Under the pieces are notes generated by a model. That model had not been told where the DNA came from. It did no database searches and worked only from the letters and a program-made list of their open reading frames with translations. Shown piece by piece: positions 19,407 through 33,578 of a DNA stretch of 64,000 bases; positions within the stretch are counted from its first letter, which is position 1; every line of letters begins with the position of its first letter. Position numbers and translations under genes: made by a program. Source of the stretch: an uncultured delta proteobacterium (GTDB lineage: Bacteria; Myxococcota; UBA727; VGSZ01); NCBI GenBank assembly GCA_963775425.1, contig CAVZJB010000008.1, positions 160,001 through 224,000 on the forward strand, written 5' to 3'.

Positions 19407-20529
19407 AACGCGGCGGCTTGAGGAGCTTGACGTCGCTGTCGTCGTCGAGGCGGACGACGCGAGGGGCGCCGGGGCCGACGAGGGCGAGCACGCAGACGCG
19501 CACGCCGTCGTGGAGCGTGGGGCCCATGAGCTCGCCGCCGCCGGCGTTGACGCGCGCCCACACCGAGGGGTGAAAGAAGACGTCGCGGTCGCGGTAGCGG
19601 CGCACCTGGACGTCGTCGTCGGCGGCCTGCGCGAAGCGGACGGCGTCGAGCCCCTCTTTGAACTTCTGCGGCACCGGCGGCGTGAGCGGCGGCAGCGGGA
19701 CCGGCGCCGGTCGCGCGGAGCGGGAGGGGCGGAACACCGGCCGGCCGAGGTCGCGGCGGAAGGTGTCGCACGCGATGCGCTCGAGCTCGTCGGCGGTGAA
19801 GTGGGGGAAGACGCTGCGGCCGTTCTTCTGCACGAGCACGAGCTCGCCCACGCCGAGGGACACGAGGCCGGTGGGCGTGTCGTCGTCGCCCTGCACCCAC
19901 GCGTATCCGCCGCGCTGCAGCTCGGCCACGCGTACGCTCGCGAGCTTGCCGTCGTCGAAGCGCAGCGTCATGGGCTCGCGCAGCACACGGCCGACCAGCC
20001 GCCGGGCCTGCTCGCGAAAGCCGTGCAGCGTGTCGGCGAGGTCGCTGTCTTCGCCGGCGTCGGAGGGATGCCTCTCGAAAGCGACGCGATAGGCCTCGCC
20101 GTTTTCGCCGGCGGTGTGAAAGTTGAGGTCGTCGGCGTCGACGCGCTCCTGTAACCCGCGCGGCGCGAGCATGTCGTCGGGGGCGCGGGCGATGCGTCCG
20201 ATCATCCGCCACAGGCTGCCGGTGGACTCCTCTTCGTCGACGTACGAGTCCCACCAGCCCTCGGCGTCGCCGCTGAACGACAGCGCCATCCCGCACAGGT
20301 CGCCGGGCATGATCGACTTGCAGCGCGCACGGCCGTCGACGCTGGTGCCGTTCGGCAGCTCGAGGGTCACGGCCATCTCGTCGTCCACCGCGGGCGGCGG
20401 CGAGAGCGTCACGCTCATCCCGCGCCGTGACACGCCGTTCGTCGTCGTCGTGACCGTGCCCGCGGGGAGCGCGATGTGCGCCCGCAACGCGACGCGAAAG
20501 CGCGGGTGCTGCCTGAGATCCTCGGACAT
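19405..20529 (-). CDS. PilZ-domain protein with uncharacterised C-terminal region
   Basis: N-terminal LRQHPRF (RxxxR) and GVSRRG (D/NxSxxG-like); GAGGA RBS. Confidence 0.75.
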   Translation of the reverse strand: MSEDLRQHPRFRVALRAHIALPAGTVTTTTNGVSRRGMSVTLSPPPAVDDEMAVTLELPNGTSVDGRARCKSIMPGDLCGMALSFSGDAEGWWDSYVDEEESTGSLWRMIGRIARAPDDMLAPRGLQERVDADDLNFHTAGENGEAYRVAFERHPSDAGEDSDLADTLHGFREQARRLVGRVLREPMTLRFDDGKLASVRVAELQRGGYAWVQGDDDTPTGLVSLGVGELVLVQKNGRSVFPHFTADELERIACDTFRRDLGRPVFRPSRSARPAPVPLPPLTPPVPQKFKEGLDAVRFAQAADDDVQVRRYRDRDVFFHPSVWARVNAGGGELMGPTLHDGVRVCVLALVGPGAPRVVRLDDDSDVKLLKPPR

Positions 20530-20609
20530 TCCTCACGCCATACTGGCACAACCGCCGCCGACCCTCGATGTGGGGCGCCGGCTTGCCACGTCGTGTGCCG
20601 CTCGACCGC

Positions 20610-23600
20610 TCAGCGGGTGGACACCGCGCCGCCGCCGACGCTGACGTGGACGACCGCGACGGCGCTCGCGCCGGCCTTGTCCTTGACGCGGATCCGGAAG
20701 CTGTCCTCGCCGCGCGCATCGGTGCCGGCGGTGAACGTGAAGGCGCCGGTCCGCGGGTCGTCGAGCTTCACCGTGCCGTGGCGCGGGGGCACGGCGACCG
20801 AGAACGTGAGCTCGTCGCCCGCGTCGACGTCGCTGGCGGCGATCCTGCCGCTCACGGCCTTGCCCGGCGCCGCGCGCACCGCCGTGTCTTTCACGACGGG
20901 CGCGTCGTTCACGTTCTCGACAGTGACGGTGATCTTCCCCGGCGCCCCCGGCCCGCTCGGGTCCGACGGGATCACCTTCACCTCGAGCGTGCCGGCGAAG
21001 TCCTTGGCAGGCGCCACCCGCAGGACGCTGCCTGCGAGCGACACGTCGGCGGTGCCCTTCTTCACGCTCGCCTTGTCGAGCGTGAGCGTCACCGGGTCGC
21101 CGTCCTTGTCGTGCGCCGACAGCGCCAGCGTCACCGGCCGCTCCTCGAGCGTCTTGAGCGACGCGTCGTCGACGGTGGGCGGGTCGTTCCGCGGCGCCAC
21201 CAGCACCGGCAGCACGGCGCGCACGCGGTTCTTTCCGTCCGACGCCTCCAACACGAGCCGGTCCTCCCCGTTTTCGTCGGGCTTCGGCGTGAAGAGCAGG
21301 GTCTTGCCGTCGCTCTCCACCTCGGCCGCACCGATGCGCGCCTGCGTCACCACGCGGAACGTCACGTCGTCGCCGTCGGGGTCGACCGCCGTGAGCGTCA
21401 GGCTCCCGTGCTCATCCTCCGCCGTCTCGAGCGGTCGCAGGTCCACCACGGGCGCGTCGGGCTCGGGTGCCACCGCGGCCTTCACGGTCGCGTCCGCCTC
21501 GAGGAAGCCGTCGCTCACCGCGACGACGAACGAGTCCTCGCCGTTCCAATCCGCCGCCGGCGTGTAGTGGAGAGTGCCGTCGTCTGCGTCGACGTCGGCG
21601 TCGCCGTGCTGCGGCGGCTTCTTTACGCGAAAGGTGAGCACGTCCTTGTCGACGTCCGACGCCGTCACGCGGCTGCTCGCGGTGCGATCTTCCCGGGTGC
21701 TCACCGAGACGTCCTTGGTCACCGGCGCGTCGTTCACCGCCGCCACCGTCAGCTTCACGGCGCCCGTGTCGCGCAGCTTCCCGTCGCTCACCTCGAAGCG
21801 AAAGCCGTCCTCGCCGTTTGTGTTCGCCCGCGGCGTGTACGTGTACGCCCCCGACTGCGCGTCGAGCTCGATGGTGCCCGAGCGCGGTTGCTGCACGACG
21901 CGCCAGGTGAGCGTGTCCTTGTCGACGTCGCTGCCGCCGACGCTGTCCTTGATGGGCGTGTCTTCCTTGCCGGAGGCGTCGTGCGCCACCGCCACCGGCG
22001 CGTCGTTCACCGGCGCGATGGCCACGCTCACCGGCACTTGCGTCGTGGCGGTGCCGTCGCTGACGGCGACCATGAAGTCGTCGTCGCCGTTTTCGTCCTT
22101 GTTCGGGGTGTACGTGAACCGGCCGCTCTCGGCGTCGATGGTCGCCTTGCCCTTCTTGGGCGCGTTGGCCACCGACCAGGTGAGCTTGTCCTTGTCGACG
22201 TCGGAGGCGGGGACGCTGCCCTTCTCGGCGCGGTCCTCTGTGACCGAGAGCTTCACGGCCTTCACGTCCGGCGCGTCGTTCACCGCGGCCACGGTGAGCT
22301 TCACGGCGCCGCGGTCGCGGAGCTTGCCGTCGCTGACCTCGAAGCGAAAGCTGTCGTCGCCGTTTTCGTTCTCGCGCGGCGTATACGTGTACGCGCCGCT
22401 CTGCGCGTCGAGCTCGAGCTTGCCGAAGCGCGGCGGCTGCACCACGCGGAAGGTGAGGGTGTCCTTGTCGACGTCGCTGCCGCCGACGCTGTCCTTGATG
22501 GGCGTGTCTTCCTTGCCGGACGCGTCGTGGGCGGAGGCCACGGGCGCGTCGTTCACCGGCGCGATGGCCACGCTCACCACGCCGCTGGTGGTGCCGCCGG
22601 CGCCGTCACTGACCGCGACCACGAAGCTGTCCTCGCCGTTTTCGTCCTTGTTGGGCGTGTAGGTGAAGCGGCCCGTGGCGGCGTCGATCTTCACGGTGCC
22701 CTTCGCGGGCGGCTTGGCCTCCGACCAGGTGAGCTTGTCCTTGTCGACGTCGGAGGCGGGGACGCTGCCGCTCTCCGCGCGGTCTTCGGTGACGGCCAGC
22801 TTCACCGCCTTCACCTCGGGCGCGTCGTTCACGGCGGCCACCGAGAGCTTGACGGCGCCGCCGTCGCGGAGCTTGCCGTCGCTGACCTCGAAGCGAAAGC
22901 CGTCGTCCCCGTTGAAATTCTCGCGCGGCGTGTACGTGTACGCGCCGCTCTGCGCGTCGAGCTCGAGCTTGCCGGAGCGGGGCTGCTGGACCACGCGGAA
23001 GGTGAGGGTGTCCTTGTCGACGTCGCTGCCGCCGACGCTGCCCTTGATGGGCTCGTCCTCCTTGCCGGAGGCGTCGTGGGCGGCGGCCACGGGTGCGTCG
23101 TTCACCGCGGCGATGCTCACGCTCACCTTGGCCTCGACGTCGGCGCTGCCGTCGGAGACCGTGACGCCGAAGCTGTCGTCGCCGTTTTCGTTCGGGTTGG
23201 GCGTATAGACGAAGGCACCCTTCACCTCGTCCACCTCGACCTTCCCCTTCTTGGACAGCGTGCCGAGCGTGTAGCTCAGCTTGTCCTTGTCGATGTCCTC
23301 GCCGCGCACCACGCCGCGCACGGCGCTGTCCTCCCGCGTCGACACCGCCACGTCGTGGGTGGTGGGCGCGTCGTTCTCGGGCTTCACGGTGATCTTCGCC
23401 TCGCCCTCGGCCTTGGCCTTGCCGTCGCTGACGCGGAACGAGAAGGCGTCGTCGCCGTTTTCGTTCGGCCTGGGCGTGTAGCGGAACGTGCCGTCGGCCT
23501 TGAGATCGACGCCGCCGCGCCTGGGCGCCTTCACCAGCGAGAACGTGAGGGCGTCTTTGTCGACGTCGCTCGCCTTGAGCTTGCCGTCGAGGGGCTTGTC

Positions 23601-24815
23601 CTCGTCGCCGTCGAAGTGCACCGACGCCGCGGTGACGGGGGCGTCGTTGACCGGCTTGATGGTGACGGTGACCGGCGCGCTCATGCCCGCGCTGGTGTCG
23701 CTGGCCTCCACGGTGAAGGTGTCGGTGCCGAACCAGTCGTGGGCGGGCTTGTAGGTGAGCTCGCCGGTCTCGTGGTCGATGTCGACGTCGCCGTGCTTGG
23801 GGTCGCTCTTGAGCGCGTAGTAGACCTGATCGCCGTCGGGGTCCTTGGCGACGAGCCTGGTCTTCGCGGGCTGGTCCTCTTCACCGGTGACGCTCGCCGC
23901 CGTGAGGGTGGGCGGGTCGTTGACGTTGTGGACGCTGATCTCCACCGCGCTCCGGCTCGTGGCCTTGCCGTCGGACGCGGCGTAGCGGAAGCCGTCGTCG
24001 CCGGCGTAGTCCTTGGCGGGCGTGTACAGGTAGCTCGCGGACCCGGCGTCGACGGTGACGGTGCCGTGCTTGGGGCGCTCGATGATGGTGAAGGTGATCG
24101 GGTCCTTGTCGACGTCGTGGGCCTTGAATTTCTCCTTGAGGGGCTGGTCCTCCTTGGTGTCGACCTTGTCTTCGCGGAGCGACGGCGCGTCGTTCACCGC
24201 GGCGATCTTCACGGTGACGGGGACCTTGACGTTGGTGGTGCCGTCGCTGACGCGGATGGTGAAGTCCACGGTGCCGTTGTCGTCGTCGGCGGGGGTGAAG
24301 GTGAAGCGGCCCGTGTGCGCGTCGATGTCGACGGAGCCGCGCGCGGGCTCCTTGCCGACGGCGTACGACAGCGGGTCGCCGTCGGCGTCCTTGGCGCCGA
24401 CGTCGCCGCGCACGGGCTTGTCCTCGGTGCCCGACAGCGTGAGGGGCGGGGCCACCGGCGGGTCGTTCACCGAGCTGACGGCGATGATGGCCTTGTGCGT
24501 GGTGCGCGCCTTGCCGTCGGAGACCTCGAAGACCCACTCGTCCCTGCCGTGGAAGTCCTTGTGCGGCGTGTAGGTGAACTTGCCGTTCGGTTGGAGCTCG
24601 ACGGTGCCGTTCTTCGGCGGCTTCTTCAGCCGGAAGGACAGGGCGTCGCCTTCGGGGTCGTGGGCCTTGATCTCGGCGGAGAGCGGCTTGTCCTCGTCGA
24701 CGTCGAAGGCGCTCTCGTCCACCACCGGCGCCTTGTTCCGGGCGGCGAGGGCGGGGCCGGCCGCGAGCGCGGCGACGGCGAGGGCGAACACGACGGGGGT
24801 GTGTGCTGCGCGCAT
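20610..24815 (-). CDS. exported protein of 15 tandem Ig/cadherin-like (Big_9 / tandem-95 type) repeats, putative adhesin
   Basis: Sec signal (MRAAHTPVVFALAVAALAAGPALA); 15 repeats of NDAP..ED..DxDxDxLT..G.FTYTP..NG.D.F...VSDG. Confidence 0.9.
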   Translation of the reverse strand: MRAAHTPVVFALAVAALAAGPALAARNKAPVVDESAFDVDEDKPLSAEIKAHDPEGDALSFRLKKPPKNGTVELQPNGKFTYTPHKDFHGRDEWVFEVSDGKARTTHKAIIAVSSVNDPPVAPPLTLSGTEDKPVRGDVGAKDADGDPLSYAVGKEPARGSVDIDAHTGRFTFTPADDDNGTVDFTIRVSDGTTNVKVPVTVKIAAVNDAPSLREDKVDTKEDQPLKEKFKAHDVDKDPITFTIIERPKHGTVTVDAGSASYLYTPAKDYAGDDGFRYAASDGKATSRSAVEISVHNVNDPPTLTAASVTGEEDQPAKTRLVAKDPDGDQVYYALKSDPKHGDVDIDHETGELTYKPAHDWFGTDTFTVEASDTSAGMSAPVTVTIKPVNDAPVTAASVHFDGDEDKPLDGKLKASDVDKDALTFSLVKAPRRGGVDLKADGTFRYTPRPNENGDDAFSFRVSDGKAKAEGEAKITVKPENDAPTTHDVAVSTREDSAVRGVVRGEDIDKDKLSYTLGTLSKKGKVEVDEVKGAFVYTPNPNENGDDSFGVTVSDGSADVEAKVSVSIAAVNDAPVAAAHDASGKEDEPIKGSVGGSDVDKDTLTFRVVQQPRSGKLELDAQSGAYTYTPRENFNGDDGFRFEVSDGKLRDGGAVKLSVAAVNDAPEVKAVKLAVTEDRAESGSVPASDVDKDKLTWSEAKPPAKGTVKIDAATGRFTYTPNKDENGEDSFVVAVSDGAGGTTSGVVSVAIAPVNDAPVASAHDASGKEDTPIKDSVGGSDVDKDTLTFRVVQPPRFGKLELDAQSGAYTYTPRENENGDDSFRFEVSDGKLRDRGAVKLTVAAVNDAPDVKAVKLSVTEDRAEKGSVPASDVDKDKLTWSVANAPKKGKATIDAESGRFTYTPNKDENGDDDFMVAVSDGTATTQVPVSVAIAPVNDAPVAVAHDASGKEDTPIKDSVGGSDVDKDTLTWRVVQQPRSGTIELDAQSGAYTYTPRANTNGEDGFRFEVSDGKLRDTGAVKLTVAAVNDAPVTKDVSVSTREDRTASSRVTASDVDKDVLTFRVKKPPQHGDADVDADDGTLHYTPAADWNGEDSFVVAVSDGFLEADATVKAAVAPEPDAPVVDLRPLETAEDEHGSLTLTAVDPDGDDVTFRVVTQARIGAAEVESDGKTLLFTPKPDENGEDRLVLEASDGKNRVRAVLPVLVAPRNDPPTVDDASLKTLEERPVTLALSAHDKDGDPVTLTLDKASVKKGTADVSLAGSVLRVAPAKDFAGTLEVKVIPSDPSGPGAPGKITVTVENVNDAPVVKDTAVRAAPGKAVSGRIAASDVDAGDELTFSVAVPPRHGTVKLDDPRTGAFTFTAGTDARGEDSFRIRVKDKAGASAVAVVHVSVGGGAVSTR

Positions 24816-25042
24816 CGGAGGAGAATACGCGCGGTCCTCCCGGTTCTCGCTGTGAGACAGCGGTGGACGCCCAGGACAGTCCGCGGCCGGCGATTCGGGC
24901 GCACACATTGCGCGGATGGCAGAGCAAAACGTGCGGAAGCCGCGTGTGGTCTCCCGACGCTACGCCGGCCGCGCCGGCTGGTGCGGCTCGTGCTTCGCGA
25001 CGCGGACGCCAAGGAGCTGCCATGACCCCGCGCGCCGCGTGT

Positions 25043-25283
25043 CTGCTCGCGAAGCGCACCGCCTGAAGTCCGCGCCGACGTCGCATCGAGGCACGTCGGC
25101 GCGCACACGACCCGCACGAACGCGCCACGTGCGCTGATAGCGGGATCCGCTCGGACCCGCCGTTTCCTCACAACCTGCAGCGGTTCTTGCGCGCCGACGT
25201 GCCTCGCCACGTACTCCGCGCGGCGAGCCACCTTGTGAGCGGCTTCGCCGAGTGCTGCTACGAGCCTTATTTTTCGTCAGCCT
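25043..25283 (-). repeat. ~240-bp structured element, copy 2 (inverted relative to 18031-18280)
   Basis: Abuts the tonB stop codon (TCA 25284-25286); contains LLAKRTA-stop transposase-like tail and TTCCTCACAACCT. Confidence 0.95.
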
Positions 25284-26117
<834 letters not shown>

Positions 26118-26135
26118 ACCGTGATCACGCGGTCC

Positions 26136-26564
26136 TCAGGAGCTCGAGTCGATGTTGAGGGCGAACTTGATGATGCCCTCCTGCTTCACGACGTCGATGA
26201 TGTGGATGACCTCGCCGTGGCTGGCGCTCTTGTCGGCCGCGATGACCGCCTGGATGTCCTTCTTGCCCTCCGCCTTGAGCTGGCGGATGTGGGCGCGCAG
26301 GCCCGCCTCGTCGGACTTCTCGCCGTTCAGGTAGAGCTGGCGGGCGCCCGTGTCCTTGTCGACCGTGTATGTGATCATCACCGAGCTCGGCTCGGTGTGG
26401 TCGCCGGTGGAAGCCTCCGGCAGGTCGACCTTCAAAGAGTCCGCGACGACGTAGCTCGTGGTGACCATGAAGATCACGAGCAGACAGAGCATGACGTCCA
26501 CCAGCGGCGTGACGTTGATGCTGTCGATGAGGCCGTCGTCGTCACCCTTGGCGCTGCCGGCCAT
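26136..26564 (-). CDS. exbD: ExbD/TolR family protein
   Basis: INVTPLVDVMLCLLVIFMVT; ADKSASHGEVIHIID. Confidence 0.93.
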   Translation of the reverse strand: MAGSAKGDDDGLIDSINVTPLVDVMLCLLVIFMVTTSYVVADSLKVDLPEASTGDHTEPSSVMITYTVDKDTGARQLYLNGEKSDEAGLRAHIRQLKAEGKKDIQAVIAADKSASHGEVIHIIDVVKQEGIIKFALNIDSSS

Positions 26565-26567
26565 GGC

Positions 26568-27215
26568 TCAGCCTCCGGCCTTGGGCGGCGTGCCGTCCAT
26601 GTGCGCGAGCAGGACGTGCACCAGCGCCTCGGAGCCGGTCTGCAGCGTTTTGATCTTGCGGTTGAAGAAGTTGTAGACGGCCACCGCGGGGAGAGCGACG
26701 AGGAGGCCGATGGCGGTGGCCGCGAGGGCCTGCGACAGCGTGGCCATCACCGCGCCCGCGCCGACGTTGCCGCCGGACTGCGTGCCGAGCTCGTAGAGCG
26801 CCGAGATGATCTCGAGCACCGTGCCGAAGAGGCCGACGAAGGGGGCGTTGTTGCCGATGGTGCCGAGGAACGCGAGGCCGCGCTCGAAGCGCAGCTTCTC
26901 CATCTTGGACGCCGACTGCGACAGCTCCTCCACGGCGTGCTTGCCGAGGGGGGCGACCTCGAGCGCCGCCCGCAACACCCGCGTCTCGAAGCCCTTGCAG
27001 GTCTCGAGGAGCTTCTGGGCCGCGGTGTAGTCCTTGGCGAGGAGCAGCTTGTTGAGGTCGCCCGCGATGGCGCGGACGTTGTCCTTGTGCGTGGTGAAGA
27101 AGATGACGCGCTCGATCATCACGGCGACGCTGACGACGCTCAAAAACACCAGGAACCACATGGTGGCTTCGCCGGCGCCCGTGCGGGCAAGGCGAACGAT
27201 GAGCTCCGTGATCAT
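26568..27215 (-). CDS. exbB: MotA/TolQ/ExbB proton channel protein
   Basis: LGTIGNNAPFVGLFGTV; ALAATAIGLLVALPA..YNFF. Confidence 0.92.
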   Translation of the reverse strand: MITELIVRLARTGAGEATMWFLVFLSVVSVAVMIERVIFFTTHKDNVRAIAGDLNKLLLAKDYTAAQKLLETCKGFETRVLRAALEVAPLGKHAVEELSQSASKMEKLRFERGLAFLGTIGNNAPFVGLFGTVLEIISALYELGTQSGGNVGAGAVMATLSQALAATAIGLLVALPAVAVYNFFNRKIKTLQTGSEALVHVLLAHMDGTPPKAGG

Positions 27216-27335
27216 CTCGAATCCTCCAGGTGCGACCAGCGAGAGCGGTCGCGCTGCGAACTGACGCGTGGCCTAGGTTCTCGGCGAGAGGAGGTCAAGG
27301 CGCACACCCTGTGATCCGGGTTAACCTCCGCCCCC

Positions 27336-29515
27336 ATGCTGACCCTCACCTCGCGAATCGAAGCCGTGCAGGTTTACCGCCGCGGCGCCACCATCGTCCG
27401 GACGGCGGTCATCGACGGGCCGCCACCCGACGAGGTGGAGATCGTCGACCTCCCCCTGTCGCTCATCGATCCCACGGTGCGCGTTCGCGTCCTGCCGGGG
27501 CCGGGGCCGGGGGCGGCCGCGGCCGTGTCGGCGTCGGGCGTGCGCGTGGGCCTCTGGGTGCGCAGCGGCGGGGAGCCTCCGAAGGCCCCGGAACAACAGG
27601 AGCTCGAGGCCGTGCGCAAGAGGCTGCGGAGCGCGAGCGAGCAAGCCGCGCACCTCGACAGCGAGGTCGAGCTCCTCGCCAACGTCCCCGTCCCCGACCG
27701 TCCCGAGGGCGAGGAGGGGCGGGCGCCGCCGGCGTCGCCGATGGCGGCGCGGCTGCAGCTCGAGCAGTTCGTCGATGAGGCGACCCGCCAGCGCCTCACC
27801 GAGCGGCGCGCGCTGCGCGACGAGCTGCGTGGCCTCGAGGAGGAGGAGGAGCGCATCCTCGAGCGCATCGCGGCGGCGTCGAGCGCGGCCGAGGTCCACG
27901 TCGAGGAGCTGCGCAAGTGCGCCGTGGTCCGCCTGCGCGCCACCGGCCCCTTGCCGGCGCAGACGCGGCTCGAGCTGTCGTACGTGGTGCCCGGCGCGCG
28001 CTGGGCGCCCGCGTATCAGTGCAAGCTCGCGCGCGACGGCAGCCGGGCCGAGATCCAGTTGCGCGCGTGGGTGGCGCAGAAGAGCGGCGAGGACTGGAAG
28101 GGCGTCAAGATCAGGCTGTCGACGGCGGCGCCGCTCACGTTCACCGAGCTGCCCGAGCTGTCGGCGGTGAAGATCGGCCGCGCCCAGCCGCCGTCGAAGA
28201 AGACCGGCTTTCGCCCGCCGCCCCGCGGCGCCGACGCGCTGTTTCGGGATCACGATCGCGACGCGGCCCTGGCGCGCGCGCTGCTGCCCGCGCCGCGCCC
28301 GTTCTCGCCGCCGTCGTTGGCCGCGCCCCAGGGCCCCCCGGCGACGTCACTCACGAGCCGCGCCAAGAAGGCGAAGGCGCCGCGCGCCGACGCCTCTTCG
28401 CTCGGGGGCGAATTCGCTCCGCTGTCCGCCGCCGACGAGATGGACGACCTCGGGGTGGACGACGACTTCGAGGGCGCGCTCGCGGAGGAGGCGCCTGTCA
28501 TGGAGAGGGCCAAGTCCATGGCCGCGCCGTCGCCGGCGCCCGCGCCGATGATGCCGCGGGGCGCGGGGCCGCCGATGCAGAAGCCCGCGCCGAGCCGCAG
28601 CGGCCGCGCCGCGCCGCGCGCGCCCGACGACGTGCTGCAGGCTGTGGTCTATCCCCTCCTGCGGCTGCCGGCGGCCGTCGACGCGGGCCGCGGCAAGCTC
28701 ATGCCCGTCGACGCGCGCGAGCTGTACGCCGACAGCGTGCAGCGGCTCGCGCGGCCGGTGGGCTTCGACGTGATGAGCGCAGTGCGGGGCGCCGAGGAGG
28801 ACGCGGAGTCGGTGACCGGCCAAGCGCTCCCCGACGGCGCCGTCGACGCCGACGACATCGCCTCGCACTTCGACTTCGCCTACGAGGCCGACGGCGTCGT
28901 CGAGGTCACCGCCGACGGCGGCTTCCACTCCGTCGCCCTCGGCGACCGCCAGAGCGAGGCGCGCATGCGCTACATCGCCGTGCCGCGCGAGGAGCTGTCC
29001 GTGTACCGGGTGGCCATGCTGCAAAACCCCATCCCCGCGCCGCTGTTGCCCGGGCCCGCGGAGATCTACGTCGGCGGCGAATACGTGCTCACCACGAGGC
29101 TGCCCACGGTGCCCGCGCGCGGCGAGCTCAAGCTCGGCCTCGGCGTCGAGCAGGCCATCAAGATCGCGCGCAACACGCGCTTCAACGAGGTGCGCTCGGG
29201 CGAGAAGGTCGTGGCCATGAGCGAGCTGGTGCACGACATAGACGTCGACGTCGTCAACCACCTCGAGCGCGACATCGAGATCGAGGTGCGCGAGCGGGTG
29301 CCGGTGCCGGCCACGGGCGCGGAGGTCGTCGTCGAGGAGCTGCGCGTAGAGCCGCCGTGGCAGCCCTACGACCAGGAGGAACGCGGCCAGCCCATCGACG
29401 GCGGGCGCCGCTGGGAGGTCACGGTGCCCCAGGGAGGCAGGCAGAAGCTCGCGGCGCGGTACGTCGTGAAGATCTACGCCAACAACGAGGTCGTCGGCGG
29501 CAACAGGAGAGAGGC

Positions 29516-29519
<4 letters not shown>
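27336..29519 (+). CDS. DUF4139/DUF4140-domain protein
   Basis: SRIEAVQVYRRGATIVR, LSYVVPGARWAPAY, AWVAQKSGEDW..LSTA, LLPGPAEIYVGGEYV, ERVPV. Confidence 0.85.
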
Positions 29520-31249
<1,730 letters not shown>

Positions 31250-31316
31250 GCGCCCGCGCCGCGGTGCGGCCGGAAGTGCTTGATTTCAAAGAGCCCGATT
31301 GGATCCGGCGGAGGCC

Positions 31317-31344
31317 TTGACGCGTGTGGGACGCGGCCTACAGT
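31317..31344 (+). promoter_or_regulatory. sigma70-type promoter of groESL
   Basis: TTGACG (31317-22), 16-bp spacer, TACAGT (31339-44), directly upstream of CIRCE. Confidence 0.6.
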
Positions 31345-31347
31345 CCG

Positions 31348-31374
31348 CTGGCACTCGCTTCCGCCGAGTGCCAG
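31348..31374 (+). promoter_or_regulatory. CIRCE operator (HrcA binding site)
   Basis: CTGGCACTC-N9-GAGTGCCAG, perfect inverted repeat matching TTAGCACTC-N9-GAGTGCTAA, upstream of groES. Confidence 0.92.
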
Positions 31375-31410
31375 AACCGCTTTCCGTCTCGCGTTGCACC
31401 GGAGCCCGAC

Positions 31411-31698
31411 ATGAAACTGCGTCCCCTCAACGATCGCGTCCTCATCAAGCGCATCGATTCCGAAACGAAGACCGCCGGAGGTCTCTTCATCCCCGACACC
31501 GCCAAGGAGAAGCCCCAGGAGGGCGAGGTGGTCGCCGTGGGCGAGGGCCGCCACCTGGACAACGGCAAGGTCCGTCCGCTCGAGGTGAAGGTCGGCGACA
31601 AGATCTTCTTCCGCAAGTACGCCGGCAACGAGGTCACCCTCGAAAACGTCGAGCACATCATCCTTCGCGAGGAAGAGATCCTCGCGGTCTTTCAGTGA
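31411..31698 (+). CDS. groES: co-chaperonin GroES
   Basis: [39 protein letters not shown]. Confidence 0.98.
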   Translation: MKLRPLNDRVLIKRIDSETKTAGGLFIPDTAKEKPQEGEVVAVGEGRHLDNGKVRPLEVKVGDKIFFRKYAGNEVTLENVEHIILREEEILAVFQ

Positions 31699-31726
31699 AC
31701 ACACCCAGTGAAGTGAGGTCCATCAG

Positions 31727-33376
<1,650 letters not shown>

Positions 33377-33418
33377 TCTCGACCGCATGATCGCCGGCCC
33401 TCGCGGCCGGCAGAGGAG

Positions 33419-33448
33419 ACGGGCGGCCGCGAGGCCGCCCGTTTTCTT
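33419..33448 (+). terminator. intrinsic terminator of groESL
   Basis: Stem ACGGGCGGCC / GGCCGCCCGT, GCGA loop, followed by TTTCTT. Confidence 0.8.
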
Positions 33449-33578
33449 GTGCCAAAGCGCCCGCGGCCGCGGGGCCGGCACGCCCTTTGTACTGAGTCCG
33501 GTCGTCCGGCGATCTGAACCGCGTCGCTGTGGCGTGCGTCTGAAGCCTGAGCCCGTTAGACGACGAGAGGGGGTTCAC

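Noticed and set aside
20544-20558. TGGCACAACCGCCGC sigma54-like motif
   Set aside because: Lacks TT before GC and points antisense into the adhesin gene.
18031-25283. Classical composite transposon
   Set aside because: No intact transposase and no flanking direct target duplication visible; kept only as a possible invertible or repeat-bounded segment.
31273-31285. IHF-like site upstream of groES (reverse AATCAAGCACTTC)
   Set aside because: One mismatch to a short degenerate consensus; not enough support alone.
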